A stretch of DNA of 64,000 nt from Patescibacteria group bacterium (GTDB lineage Bacteria; Patescibacteriota; Minisyncoccia; Moranbacterales; UBA9337), in the NCBI GenBank assembly GCA_042569905.1, contig JBHPHA010000003.1:2471-66470 (forward strand), in the 5' to 3' direction. The position numbers and the translations under genes are program-made. The notes beneath the pieces are model-generated. The model ran no database searches. It saw only the letters and a program-made list of their open reading frames with translations, and had not been told where the DNA came from. The stretch's first letter is position 1; every line of letters starts with the position of its first letter. Shown piece after piece: positions 17,535 through 26,521 of this stretch.

Positions 17535-17888
17535 ATGGAAAAACATTGCCCCCTCTTTGTTGACTTCACAAGAGAATGTATCAAAAAAATTGAGGACTAT
17601 CCAGCAAAGGTATCCTTTAAGATGCTACAATTTTGTCAGTCAGAAGAGCATGTAGACTGTCCTTTTTATAAAATACTGGAAACAGATGAAAATGTTTGTG
17701 AGAAGATCACAAAGTGTCCAGCTTTTAAGAAATTCAAGAATGGTGAGTTTGATAAATTTGTTGATGTTTCAAATAGATTCTGCACCTCTGAAAAACATAC
17801 AGAATGTGCTAGGTTTAAAACCTCTAGAAAAGGAGCTGTACCAGAGAGTCTCCATCCGGATGGGCACACAGTTGAAGAGTGGAAATAA
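17535..17888 (+). CDS. Cys/His-rich protein with an internal duplication
   Basis: Two halves each carry CP(L/A)F ... FC(Q/T)SE(E/K)H..C...K. Confidence 0.5.
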   Translation: MEKHCPLFVDFTRECIKKIEDYPAKVSFKMLQFCQSEEHVDCPFYKILETDENVCEKITKCPAFKKFKNGEFDKFVDVSNRFCTSEKHTECARFKTSRKGAVPESLHPDGHTVEEWK

Positions 17889-17896
17889 TGTAGAAA

Positions 17897-17937
17897 CAAA
17901 AAATACCTAATTCATATTTGAACTAGGTATTTTTTTA
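17897..17937. terminator. bidirectional terminator between convergent genes
   Basis: A run, ATACCTAATTC...GAACTAGGTAT stem, T run. Confidence 0.65.
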
Positions 17938-17947
17938 TTTCCTAAAA

Positions 17948-20170
17948 CTATTTCTTAGGAAGAAGTTTTCTTAGTAGCGCTGTTTTAGCTTTTGGATTAT
18001 TAGCTATCCAAATAGACATCAGAGCTACTATCGTAGCAATTAGAATTGCCCATGCCCCACTTCCTGTTACTGGTAACACTTTTCCAGCATAGCCGAAATC
18101 AGCTTTTGAGTGACTATCCTTATTTCCATCTAATTCAACCTTGGTTTTGTTGTCCTCATCCCCGTCTGGGTCATAAGTTTGCTTAAGATTATCAACATCC
18201 TCATCTTTTACATATACTTTATAGTCTCCCTCGCAAAGGTTTTCGAAGTAGTAATGTCCATTATGATTAGTATCTGTTCTGTATACCTCATCATCAGAGT
18301 TTCCGAACTTATTATCTTCTCCAGCCCACTTTAGTTTCATTCTAATGTTCTCTATTCCCTTTTCGCTACCATCTTGAATCCCGTCTCTATCAATGTCATT
18401 CCAAATATAATTACCTATTACTCCATTACACTTAGATTTCTTTTTTGGCTTAGGATCTGGTTTTGGGTCTGGAGTTGGAGTTTCAATAGTACAAGCAGAG
18501 CTACAACCATCTCCATTAGCAGTATTCCCATCATCACATTGTTCTCCATGCTTAACAATTCCGTCACCACAGAAAGGAGTTGGAGTTTCAATGGTACAAG
18601 TAGAACTGCAACCATCTCCATTTATATTATTTCCGTCATCACATTGCTCAGTTAATTCCTTCTTGCCATCTCCACAGAAAGGAAGTGGGTCATCATTTTT
18701 TACATTAACAGATGAAGTATCTGAGTCGGTAACAGTAGACGCCTCATCAATTGAAACAGCGCTTACAGTAGCTTTATTTAAGTATGAATTGGTAATATTC
18801 TTGTCTGTGCATACATAGGAAAAACTTTGACCAGACAATAGTATTCCACCTTTGAGTTTGTCGCAACCAGGTGCAAGAGCATCTTTAATGGCGATATTTT
18901 TTAAAGCAATCTGTCCCATATTAGTCACTTTAATTTTGAAGTTGGCTTCACCTCCAGACAACACAGTCTGCTTATCATCCTTGTTGTCGTTATCATTCTT
19001 ATCTATCTTTATTGAAGCTTTTTCAATAGTACAAGCAGAGCTACAACCATCTCCATTTGTATTGTTTCCATCATCACACTGCTCACCAGCATCCTTTACT
19101 TCATCTCCACAGCGTGGTGCTATTATATTCACTTTCGAAGTATCTGTGTCTTTTACTAAAATACCAGAACTAACAGTGAGCGCAGAAACTGTTGCAGTGT
19201 TTAAATATGCGTTGCTTACATTACTATGAGTACATGTATATTGTATACTTCCTCCTGGTGCTAATGTTGTTGTAAATAATCGATTACAAGCAGACACCTT
19301 TGGGTCAACAATTGAAACATTTCTCAGAAGAACAGCTCCATTATTTGTCACCTTGATTTTAAATGTAGCATTGTTTCCTTTCTGTACAGTCTGCTTATCA
19401 TCCTTGTTGTCGTTATCATTCTTATCTATCTTTATTAAAGCTTTTTCAATAGTACAAGCAGAGCTACAACCATCTCCATTTGTATTGTTTCCATCATCAC
19501 ACTGCTCATTTAATTCCTTCTTATTATCTCCACATCTTGGTTTTCTCGCACTACAAGAGTCATTTTTTCCCCCATATTTTCCAGAACAAGTCCAGTTCCA
19601 AGTTCCAGCAATAGGTGACGCAACTCCTACACTACATAACCCAGTTGTTGGCTTTTGATATAACACTTTCCCATTTGAAGAACCACATTTTCCATCAATT
19701 GGATCTGACTTGCTGAAAAGTAAAGAAACCGAAACACTCTCTGCCTCCCCAGTGTTTCCATAATCTTTTCTGGAATGAGCATGACTCATCTTAATATTGT
19801 TATTTCCAGCTTTCAACCAAACATAGCCATAACCTTCCTTTGTATAAACATTCTTACTTCCCGGTTCGCAGTTATTTTTATCATAACTAGTCACTGCATA
19901 GGAACCATTAATATAAAGCTTAAAATCTTCGTGTGCCTGACAAGTATCATTACTATGAGTTCCTCTTCCCACATAACCTCTCATAGAATACTTTCCCGCA
20001 GTAGGTGCATACACTGTTGTGTAATCATTCACCATACAATTTGATTGCTTATCATAACTACAAACCGCCATTTCCGACGATTGTACTGTTTCAGCATAAG
20101 CACTGTTGCCAGTAAATAGAAACAACACACCTAGGCTTAAAACCCCTACTAATATTTTTGTGATTTTCAT
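17948..20170 (-). CDS. LPXTG-anchored cell-surface protein with cysteine-rich repeats
   Basis: Signal peptide. Four CGD...EQCDDGNNTNGDGCSS.CTIE repeats, DUF11-like segments and an SdrD-B/Cna-B-like segment. C-terminal LPVTG, a hydrophobic helix and a basic tail. Confidence 0.8.
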   Translation of the reverse strand: MKITKILVGVLSLGVLFLFTGNSAYAETVQSSEMAVCSYDKQSNCMVNDYTTVYAPTAGKYSMRGYVGRGTHSNDTCQAHEDFKLYINGSYAVTSYDKNNCEPGSKNVYTKEGYGYVWLKAGNNNIKMSHAHSRKDYGNTGEAESVSVSLLFSKSDPIDGKCGSSNGKVLYQKPTTGLCSVGVASPIAGTWNWTCSGKYGGKNDSCSARKPRCGDNKKELNEQCDDGNNTNGDGCSSACTIEKALIKIDKNDNDNKDDKQTVQKGNNATFKIKVTNNGAVLLRNVSIVDPKVSACNRLFTTTLAPGGSIQYTCTHSNVSNAYLNTATVSALTVSSGILVKDTDTSKVNIIAPRCGDEVKDAGEQCDDGNNTNGDGCSSACTIEKASIKIDKNDNDNKDDKQTVLSGGEANFKIKVTNMGQIALKNIAIKDALAPGCDKLKGGILLSGQSFSYVCTDKNITNSYLNKATVSAVSIDEASTVTDSDTSSVNVKNDDPLPFCGDGKKELTEQCDDGNNINGDGCSSTCTIETPTPFCGDGIVKHGEQCDDGNTANGDGCSSACTIETPTPDPKPDPKPKKKSKCNGVIGNYIWNDIDRDGIQDGSEKGIENIRMKLKWAGEDNKFGNSDDEVYRTDTNHNGHYYFENLCEGDYKVYVKDEDVDNLKQTYDPDGDEDNKTKVELDGNKDSHSKADFGYAGKVLPVTGSGAWAILIATIVALMSIWIANNPKAKTALLRKLLPKK
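18964..19085 (-). repeat. intragenic 122-nt repeat, copy 1
   Basis: Differs at 1 of 122 nt from 19387..19508 (spacing 423 nt), while flanking repeat sequence is clearly diverged. Confidence 0.85.
19387..19508 (-). repeat. intragenic 122-nt repeat, copy 2
   Basis: See 18964..19085. Confidence 0.85.
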
Positions 20171-20227
20171 ATATTTAAAGTTATCAGTTAACTATCTATG
20201 GTATAACATATAATTAAAAAAAATAAA

Positions 20228-20250
20228 ATACCCCGCGTTAACGGGGCATC
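20228..20250 (-). terminator. rho-independent terminator
   Basis: CCCCG / CGGGG stem followed by a T-rich tail on the minus strand. Confidence 0.55.
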
Positions 20251-20255
20251 TTACT

Positions 20256-20813
20256 CTATTGAACAAATTCAGCTGTAAGATTTCTTCTTCCGAAACCAAA
20301 AGCCTCACTCTTTGTCTCTACATAAATATCAAACTTGTTTCCTTTAATAGCTCCACCTCTATCCTCACAAGTATATGTTCCATATCCTTCGATATTCAAC
20401 TTAGCACCAAATGGGTATTCTGGAGGACAAGCTAATGTTCTTTTCTCTTGAACCTTGATTCCACTAGCAGTGATTCCATTACTGTTTCCACATTCATCAG
20501 CAGAAGCAGTATAAGCAGAAGCATTGATTGTAAATTTACCCTTAGGTAAGTTTGACCACTTTTCTCCTTGCTTAGACTTCCATCTATCTAAAACTTTTTC
20601 TCTTTGAGTTTTGTTTACTTTTACCAATTCATTCTCGATTGGCTCATAACCTTCATAATTATAGGGAATTTTCTCAGCATCTAATTCACCTACCTCTGTT
20701 CTTTGAAATTCTATGGTTGTATTAGTATCATTACTGCTACTTGCTAAAGCTACCTGTGGAAATAATATCGTAATAAGCATTATTGAGTTTACTATAATAC
20801 TAAAATTACCCAT
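20256..20813 (-). CDS. secreted 3D-domain protein (putative cell-wall-active)
   Basis: C-terminus SAYT...CG...TASG...R..A......FG..L.I.GYG.Y..EDRGG.I.G..FD.Y is 3D-domain-like. The start at 20813 gives a signal peptide; the track ORF extends to 20864. Confidence 0.6.
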   Translation of the reverse strand: MGNFSIIVNSIMLITILFPQVALASSSNDTNTTIEFQRTEVGELDAEKIPYNYEGYEPIENELVKVNKTQREKVLDRWKSKQGEKWSNLPKGKFTINASAYTASADECGNSNGITASGIKVQEKRTLACPPEYPFGAKLNIEGYGTYTCEDRGGAIKGNKFDIYVETKSEAFGFGRRNLTAEFVQ

Positions 20814-20919
20814 TTTAAACTTTATAATAGTTAGCACCCAAAAACTAATTTTGGATCGCCACATTCATCAGTAACAGGGGGTGGACTTCATATCTATTAA
20901 CAGCTTAATTTAATAGTTA

Positions 20920-20948
20920 ATATTACCATATTTTCACAGAAAAGTCAA
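20920..20948 (-). promoter_or_regulatory. promoter of the 3D-domain gene
   Basis: TTGACT, 17 nt, TAATAT on the minus strand. Confidence 0.5.
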
Positions 20949-21061
20949 GGGTAAACACCTCCTAAATGCCTTTTTTTCCTTTATTTAAGCCAAATTTCAT
21001 CTTTTTAAATAACAAAAAAACCGCAAAAAATGCAGTTTTTCCTTTAGACTAGGAGTTTTTT

Positions 21062-23251
21062 CTATTTTTTACTAAATATTACCCCGAAGAACTTGTCTGT
21101 ATTAAGGTTTCCTGAGAATTCAAGGCCATCCTCCTGCAATGTCATTTCTTCTGACGTTTTCCATTCAACAATCCAGTCTTTTGGATATCTTACGTTAGAA
21201 ATAAATTTACTCCCGATACTTCCTGACTGTTTTTGAGCTAGAATAGAGTAGGTATTTACAGAGCTAGAATCAATCTTAAACGGCAATAAGTATCGATATC
21301 TCACCTTTACCTCTTCTTGCGGACTTACGTAAACCCAGGAAGCAAAAACTGTTTTTTCAGCATCATCGTAAACCCTTGTTGTGGTTTTCTCATCAATAGA
21401 CATACTTTCCTCTTCACTTACTACATCTAGGTCTCTTTGAAAACCAAGCGCGTCGTAGTCCACTGGAGAATCATTTAGTTCCTTTGTTTGACCTTCAACA
21501 GAAAGGAGCTGAGATCCCTGAGGAACATACACTCGCATATAATCAGAATTTACCTTATTCCACCATTCGTAATTAGTATCACCTCCATTATGTCTCCTCT
21601 CAATAACAATAGTATTGATCACAGACCCATCTTCTCTGATTTCAGACGTATGTTCAATTTTTTCATCAACTACACCGTCAGTTTTGTATCCATTGATGTT
21701 TGTGTTTATAACATTTAGATAATCCAGAGAGTTGTCTAATATTTCTCCAGACCAGCCTAGCTCCGAAACTATTCCCTGCAAGTTGTTATTAGAAGAATAT
21801 ACTAATATATGCTTTTCTTTTACTAAACTATTGAAAACCTCTAGAGTTTTTATTATTGTAGGTAAGTCATTTGAGTTAATTAACTTCTCTAATACAACAG
21901 GTGCTAAGTCAGCCAGTATTTTCTTTGGTTCGTTTTCCTCTTTATCATAGTCAATTTCTACTTCATATTGAATTTTCTCAATAAAGTTCTTACTATCAAT
22001 CGTCACTCCGTATTCTTCCATGTAAATAGGGCCCGTAACTTCCAGCATTCTTTGCATAACAACTGGCGTAAATGTAATTACCCCATCCACAGTAGGACCT
22101 CCTGTTTTTTCATAGAAAGCCATCGCTTTTCTGGCGCTAAGCGGAAAATCAGGAAACCAGTTACTATCATGCAAGCTCCAGGCAGCGCTAATCTTTTGAA
22201 TTGGCTTTGGAGGAACAATTCTATCAATCATTTGCCCATCTGGATTAAAAATACCATCGATGAAAAATTTCCTAATCTGCCCCCTATTAACATCTACTAA
22301 CCCATAACTACCAATAAAACCACCAGTAGCTCTCATCTCGTTATTATTCTGAAACAAAAATAGATACTTTCTTGGACCATTACCGCCAAACAAATCCACC
22401 AAGATATCACTATTATCTAATAGGTTATCCAACACAATACTCATAGTGCCAATCTTACTCTTAGCATCCAAAACTGCTGCCCTTTTCTCCTCAGGAACAT
22501 CATCTATCTTAATTTCATTTAAATTTTGCTCCGCTGCTTTTATATATTCCCTAGATGAATACAAATCTTTCTGAACATCTTCAAACAAAAGTAAAATTGA
22601 GTTGTCGTATTTATCAACCCCTTCTTCTTTGATTTGATATATCTTTTCCGCAATAGTACTCAAATGCTTCCCCGCTGAAGAAATATTTTTTCCAGCTTCA
22701 AGCAAATTTTTACCAGAAGACAGCTGTGATAGGTACGGGAAATATTGACTTACTTCTGTCAGAAAAACGCCCAGACCATCAACTTCTTGAGATGCATCTG
22801 AAAAGCCACTATAAGCCTCCTCGAACTTTCTGGATGATATTGTGAAGTCTTGAGACTTAATCCCCTCCACAGCCTCATCTAGACTAGAGTAAGCTCCAGT
22901 AGAAATACCCAACACCCGCTCCTTAATCCTAAATCCTTTTTGAACAAAGAAAATAGAAGAAAACAATACAACTGCCAAAAGCATAGACAATCCGAAATTC
23001 AGTACCCCTCTGTTTAAATCAAGTCCCGAGAAAAAACCTCTTTTTGTAGCTGTGGATTGTTTCTTATATTTTTTCTGCTGACTCAAATTTCTATTATGCT
23101 TGACTGATTTATTTTGATAATTTGAGCGTGCATAAAACGGAACGTCTTGAGCATCAAAACGTTTGCCTAATTGATAAACCTGTGGATTATTAGTAGCTTC
23201 TTTTTTAGGGTGTTTATCTGTATTTTTTTTCTTTTTTTTAATTATATCCAT
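21062..23251 (-). CDS. DUF4012-like membrane-anchored protein (729 aa)
   Basis: N-terminal transmembrane helix. NNNEMRATGGFIGSYG motif as remembered for DUF4012. Confidence 0.6.
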   Translation of the reverse strand: MDIIKKKKKNTDKHPKKEATNNPQVYQLGKRFDAQDVPFYARSNYQNKSVKHNRNLSQQKKYKKQSTATKRGFFSGLDLNRGVLNFGLSMLLAVVLFSSIFFVQKGFRIKERVLGISTGAYSSLDEAVEGIKSQDFTISSRKFEEAYSGFSDASQEVDGLGVFLTEVSQYFPYLSQLSSGKNLLEAGKNISSAGKHLSTIAEKIYQIKEEGVDKYDNSILLLFEDVQKDLYSSREYIKAAEQNLNEIKIDDVPEEKRAAVLDAKSKIGTMSIVLDNLLDNSDILVDLFGGNGPRKYLFLFQNNNEMRATGGFIGSYGLVDVNRGQIRKFFIDGIFNPDGQMIDRIVPPKPIQKISAAWSLHDSNWFPDFPLSARKAMAFYEKTGGPTVDGVITFTPVVMQRMLEVTGPIYMEEYGVTIDSKNFIEKIQYEVEIDYDKEENEPKKILADLAPVVLEKLINSNDLPTIIKTLEVFNSLVKEKHILVYSSNNNLQGIVSELGWSGEILDNSLDYLNVINTNINGYKTDGVVDEKIEHTSEIREDGSVINTIVIERRHNGGDTNYEWWNKVNSDYMRVYVPQGSQLLSVEGQTKELNDSPVDYDALGFQRDLDVVSEEESMSIDEKTTTRVYDDAEKTVFASWVYVSPQEEVKVRYRYLLPFKIDSSSVNTYSILAQKQSGSIGSKFISNVRYPKDWIVEWKTSEEMTLQEDGLEFSGNLNTDKFFGVIFSKK

Positions 23252-23283
23252 TTTTATTCAAATTGGTCCCAATAACGCCAAAT

Positions 23284-24429
23284 TTAAAATGATTCATATA
23301 CTCCTAATGTTTCTTTAGCCATTTTTTTCCAGCTATACAATTTCACTTGCTTTGCACCTTTATATATTAAGTCATTTCTAAGATCACTATTGCTATTTAA
23401 CTTTGAAATAGCGCTTGCGATACTACCTTCATCTTCCCCATTAAAATAATAAGCACCATCTCCCAAAATTTCTTTCATACATGCATGATCAGAACAAGTT
23501 ACGGGAACGTTTCTACTCATCGCTTCAAGCGGAGGCAAACCAAATCCCTCATATAAAGAAGGAAAAACATATATCTTTGAGTTTCTATACACAATATCCA
23601 AATCATCATCACTCACAAAATCAGTAAAAATAATATTCTTAGAACCTAATTCCTTTACTGATCCTTTTAATTTTTTATAAAAAAAATCCTCCCTACCAAC
23701 AAGAACTAATTTGAGACTATTTTCTTTTTTTTCAAGAGCACTAAAAGCCTGTATCAATCTATCTAGATTTTTATGAGGATATGCATTCCCAACATACAAC
23801 GCATACGGCTTTATTATACCATATTTTTTCATTATTAAAAAATCTTTCTCACCATCCTCTGCATCTTCCCCACTCACATCACAAGCCTCCAATGTAACCT
23901 CAATTTTATTATCAATCCCACTGTAATGCTCGCACAAATCCATTTTTGTGAACTCAGAAACTGTGATAATCTTTTTAGACCTCTTCACTCCCATCCCAAT
24001 CACTAGCCTATACGCCCAAAACTTCAGCCAATAAAATATAGGACTCAATGTTGTGCCACGCACTGTTGGAAAATTGAGTAAAATCAAGTCATGAATAGTT
24101 ATTACGAAAGGCCTGAAGTAAAAAATTGGAACATTAAAATGAGGAAAATGCACAAGATCCAAGTTATATTTATTCAACAGTCTTGGCATATTAAGCTGCT
24201 CTGAAAAAGTATACCAGCGATAGTCAGCTAGTACCTTATGAAAGTTATCATTCTTTGGCTGATACTCATCAAAATTAGCTTTTCTAAGAAAAATAAAATA
24301 TTCCCTTTCACTTTGAGGGTTTTCGTTTTCGATTATTTCGAGTTTCTCAATTAATTTTTGAGTGTATCTACCCAATCCTTTTCCAAGAGATCCATAAAAT
24401 CGAGCATCAATTCCAATTCTTTTTTTCAT
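23284..24429 (-). CDS. GT-B (family 4-like) glycosyltransferase
   Basis: EGFGLPPLEAMSRNVPV motif. Confidence 0.8.
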   Translation of the reverse strand: MKKRIGIDARFYGSLGKGLGRYTQKLIEKLEIIENENPQSEREYFIFLRKANFDEYQPKNDNFHKVLADYRWYTFSEQLNMPRLLNKYNLDLVHFPHFNVPIFYFRPFVITIHDLILLNFPTVRGTTLSPIFYWLKFWAYRLVIGMGVKRSKKIITVSEFTKMDLCEHYSGIDNKIEVTLEACDVSGEDAEDGEKDFLIMKKYGIIKPYALYVGNAYPHKNLDRLIQAFSALEKKENSLKLVLVGREDFFYKKLKGSVKELGSKNIIFTDFVSDDDLDIVYRNSKIYVFPSLYEGFGLPPLEAMSRNVPVTCSDHACMKEILGDGAYYFNGEDEGSIASAISKLNSNSDLRNDLIYKGAKQVKLYSWKKMAKETLGVYESF

Positions 24430-24483
24430 ACAACAATTATACCATAGTGGGAATTGAAATGTGAACTAGATATTAGGGAATAC

Positions 24484-24517
24484 AAAAAAGCAGCTTCTTA
24501 TTTTAAAGAAACTGCTT
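24484..24517 (-). terminator. rho-independent terminator
   Basis: AAGCAGTTTCT / AGAAGCTGCTT stem followed by a T run on the minus strand. Confidence 0.65.
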
Positions 24518-24540
24518 GTATAAACAAACATCTTAATAAT

Positions 24541-25119
24541 CTAGATAAATTCTACCTTTTGAATTTCTTCAAGAATTTTAAAACTATCATCAGTAAAGAA
24601 TTCTTGAATCTCTTCCTCCGTAGCGGGTCGAATAGCTTTTTTCTTGATTCCAGTTGGCCATTCAAATGTCACAATGTACCCAGCATCATCCTTCTCGCCA
24701 AAGAAAAAGTTACTATGGCCATCAGAATTCTCAATCAGCAGGATTGATTTATCTACATAATGAGAATCATGCCAAATTTTTGAATCATCTTCACGCTGTA
24801 CAAATAAAACATTAGTCGTGATTCGTATCTCAGACTCTTCAATTAGAGCCTTCTCACATTCCCCATTAGCCCTAAATAGCATATCGGCAATTACCACTAA
24901 ACCTTTCTTTAGATCTGTAACACCTTGATCCTCTCTTAATCGAACTCCGCCTAACGCTTTTGCGATTTTATGCACACCATGAAAGCGTGAAACAGTACTC
25001 GCATCAGAGTACCCGTTCTTATTTGCCCAGCACGTGGTTGCGGCTATTACTTTTGCAATGAAATCCGCTTTTTTCACTTGACGTCTCTTTTTCTTCTTTT
25101 CTATTAGACTAGCCCACAT
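24541..25119 (-). CDS. hypothetical protein (192 aa)
   Basis: ORF with GGAG upstream. No motif recognised. Confidence 0.5.
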   Translation of the reverse strand: MWASLIEKKKKRRQVKKADFIAKVIAATTCWANKNGYSDASTVSRFHGVHKIAKALGGVRLREDQGVTDLKKGLVVIADMLFRANGECEKALIEESEIRITTNVLFVQREDDSKIWHDSHYVDKSILLIENSDGHSNFFFGEKDDAGYIVTFEWPTGIKKKAIRPATEEEIQEFFTDDSFKILEEIQKVEFI

Positions 25120-25189
25120 AACAACACTCCTCTATGGTATTGAATTCAGTCTACCCCTAAGTTGGTAGCCTTTTGTTTCATGTTCAGTA

Positions 25190-25714
25190 TTAATGCTGCA
25201 AACTCTTTCTAAGCTTAATTAGCGTATTTAAGGAATTTTCACACTGACTTAGCATTTCCGCCAATCCACCTTCTACTATTACACTTGTAGTGATGTTATG
25301 ATCAGCAATTGCATTAATCTCAGCAATTTCCTTACTGAGCGTTGCGATATAGGCTCTCACAGCGGCTACTTGTTCTTGATGATCCTCTTCTATGCAAAGA
25401 AGACCACTTACACTAGTTAAAGTGCCTACTCCAAAGTCACTTCTATCGACATAGTTCTTTTCGAGAAAATCTTTAACGGTGCGAAGTTCTTGAATTTCAG
25501 CTACCTCATTAGTATCCCAACTAATAATCTTATCCAGAACTTTTCGAACATAATAGGTCCGAATTTCTTTCAGTCTTTTACAAATCCCCTGGACCGACAT
25601 CAAGCCTTTTACGGAACTATTTAACAAAATATACGCACAGTACTCTGCGTTCATAATGTCAATTCCTTCCGAAAAAAGCTCCTGTTGTATAGCTAAGATT
25701 TCTTCCCTATTCAC
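25190..25714 (-). CDS. hypothetical protein (174 aa)
   Basis: Its start overlaps the stop of 25711..26085 by 4 nt, which suggests an operon. Confidence 0.5.
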   Translation of the reverse strand: MNREEILAIQQELFSEGIDIMNAEYCAYILLNSSVKGLMSVQGICKRLKEIRTYYVRKVLDKIISWDTNEVAEIQELRTVKDFLEKNYVDRSDFGVGTLTSVSGLLCIEEDHQEQVAAVRAYIATLSKEIAEINAIADHNITTSVIVEGGLAEMLSQCENSLNTLIKLRKSLQH

Positions 25715-26085
25715 AACAACACCCCCTTGCTTATGATTTCCATAGTAATCGTAGAAAAAACTCCGCTTCCAAAATAGATGGCGAAACCCACCATGGTTGA
25801 CCGAAAAAATCTCTTCTCTAGATTTATTTTTACAATAAAAAATATAAAGCTAATAAAAATCGTAACGAATACTGCGTAATTTAAATATAAGAACCAACTT
25901 TCTAATTCCACCTTCCAATATCCATAAATGAACATATTGGAGACAGAGATAGCCATTGCTACACCCGAATAGTAGCAAAGCTTCTTTACAAAGCTTGTGT
26001 CATTTTTTTTAAATTTATACCGCGTTATCATCAAGACACCTACTATAATTACCATAAAAGTTAGCGCTTCCAATAATCCAGCCAT
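25711..26085 (-). CDS. small membrane protein (4 predicted helices)
   Basis: Hydrophobic 124-aa ORF with AAGGAG upstream. Confidence 0.55.
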   Translation of the reverse strand: MAGLLEALTFMVIIVGVLMITRYKFKKNDTSFVKKLCYYSGVAMAISVSNMFIYGYWKVELESWFLYLNYAVFVTIFISFIFFIVKINLEKRFFRSTMVGFAIYFGSGVFSTITMEIISKGVLL

Positions 26086-26142
26086 AACACACTCCTTTTG
26101 ATTGTTAAAGTTCTATTTTTTCACTTCTTTAAGTGACTATGA

Positions 26143-26171
26143 ATTATACTCCAAAATGTAAAATATGTCAA
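26143..26171 (-). promoter_or_regulatory. consensus promoter of the 26085..25190 operon
   Basis: TTGACA, 17 nt, TATAAT on the minus strand. Confidence 0.6.
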
Positions 26172-26278
26172 CTCCCATTGACTTTCTACTACTTTATTGC
26201 TAAGTTTAAATGTTAGTGAAAAATTAAGACTCTTCAAATTCAGTATACTCTAGAAAAAAGTAAAAAAGGAGTGTTTTG

Positions 26279-26458
26279 ATGGTTAAAGAATATTTAAGAG
26301 AGGACGCAAGAAGTGTTACCCTCTTTGTCAATATTTGCACGCAATGCAAGGAAGGATCTATGGTAATATACTATTGGGATAATAATTTATCCCGGGGATA
26401 TTATCGAGGGTGTACCAATGAGAATTGTTGTCTTGATACACTACTTTCAAAAAAATAA
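26279..26458 (+). CDS. small Cys-rich (zinc-ribbon-like) protein (59 aa)
   Basis: AAGGAG lies 8 nt before the ATG at 26279. CTQC and CTNENCC motifs. Confidence 0.45.
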   Translation: MVKEYLREDARSVTLFVNICTQCKEGSMVIYYWDNNLSRGYYRGCTNENCCLDTLLSKK

Positions 26459-26474
26459 CTATTTTCCCAAATTT

Positions 26475-26510
26475 AAAAGCCCTAGAGAAATTATTCTCTG
26501 GGCTTTATTT
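26475..26510. terminator. bidirectional terminator
   Basis: AGCCCTAGAGAA / TTCTCTGGGCT stem flanked by A and T runs, between convergent genes. Confidence 0.65.
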
Positions 26511-26521
26511 ATTTTCTATAC

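Noticed and set aside
18374-20044. Several plus-strand ORFs (62-125 aa) inside the surface-protein gene
   Set aside because: They are antisense shadows of a repetitive gene. Their products are low-complexity and repeat one another only because the sense gene is repetitive.
17948-20170. Diversity-generating retroelement targeting the surface protein
   Set aside because: No reverse transcriptase ORF exists anywhere in the window. The near-identical repeats differ by a single G/A change, not by the adenine-specific pattern of template/variable repeat pairs.
24454-24747. Plus-strand ORFs 24454..24747 and 26418..26627
   Set aside because: They run across terminators or overlap convergent genes, and no ribosome-binding site is present.
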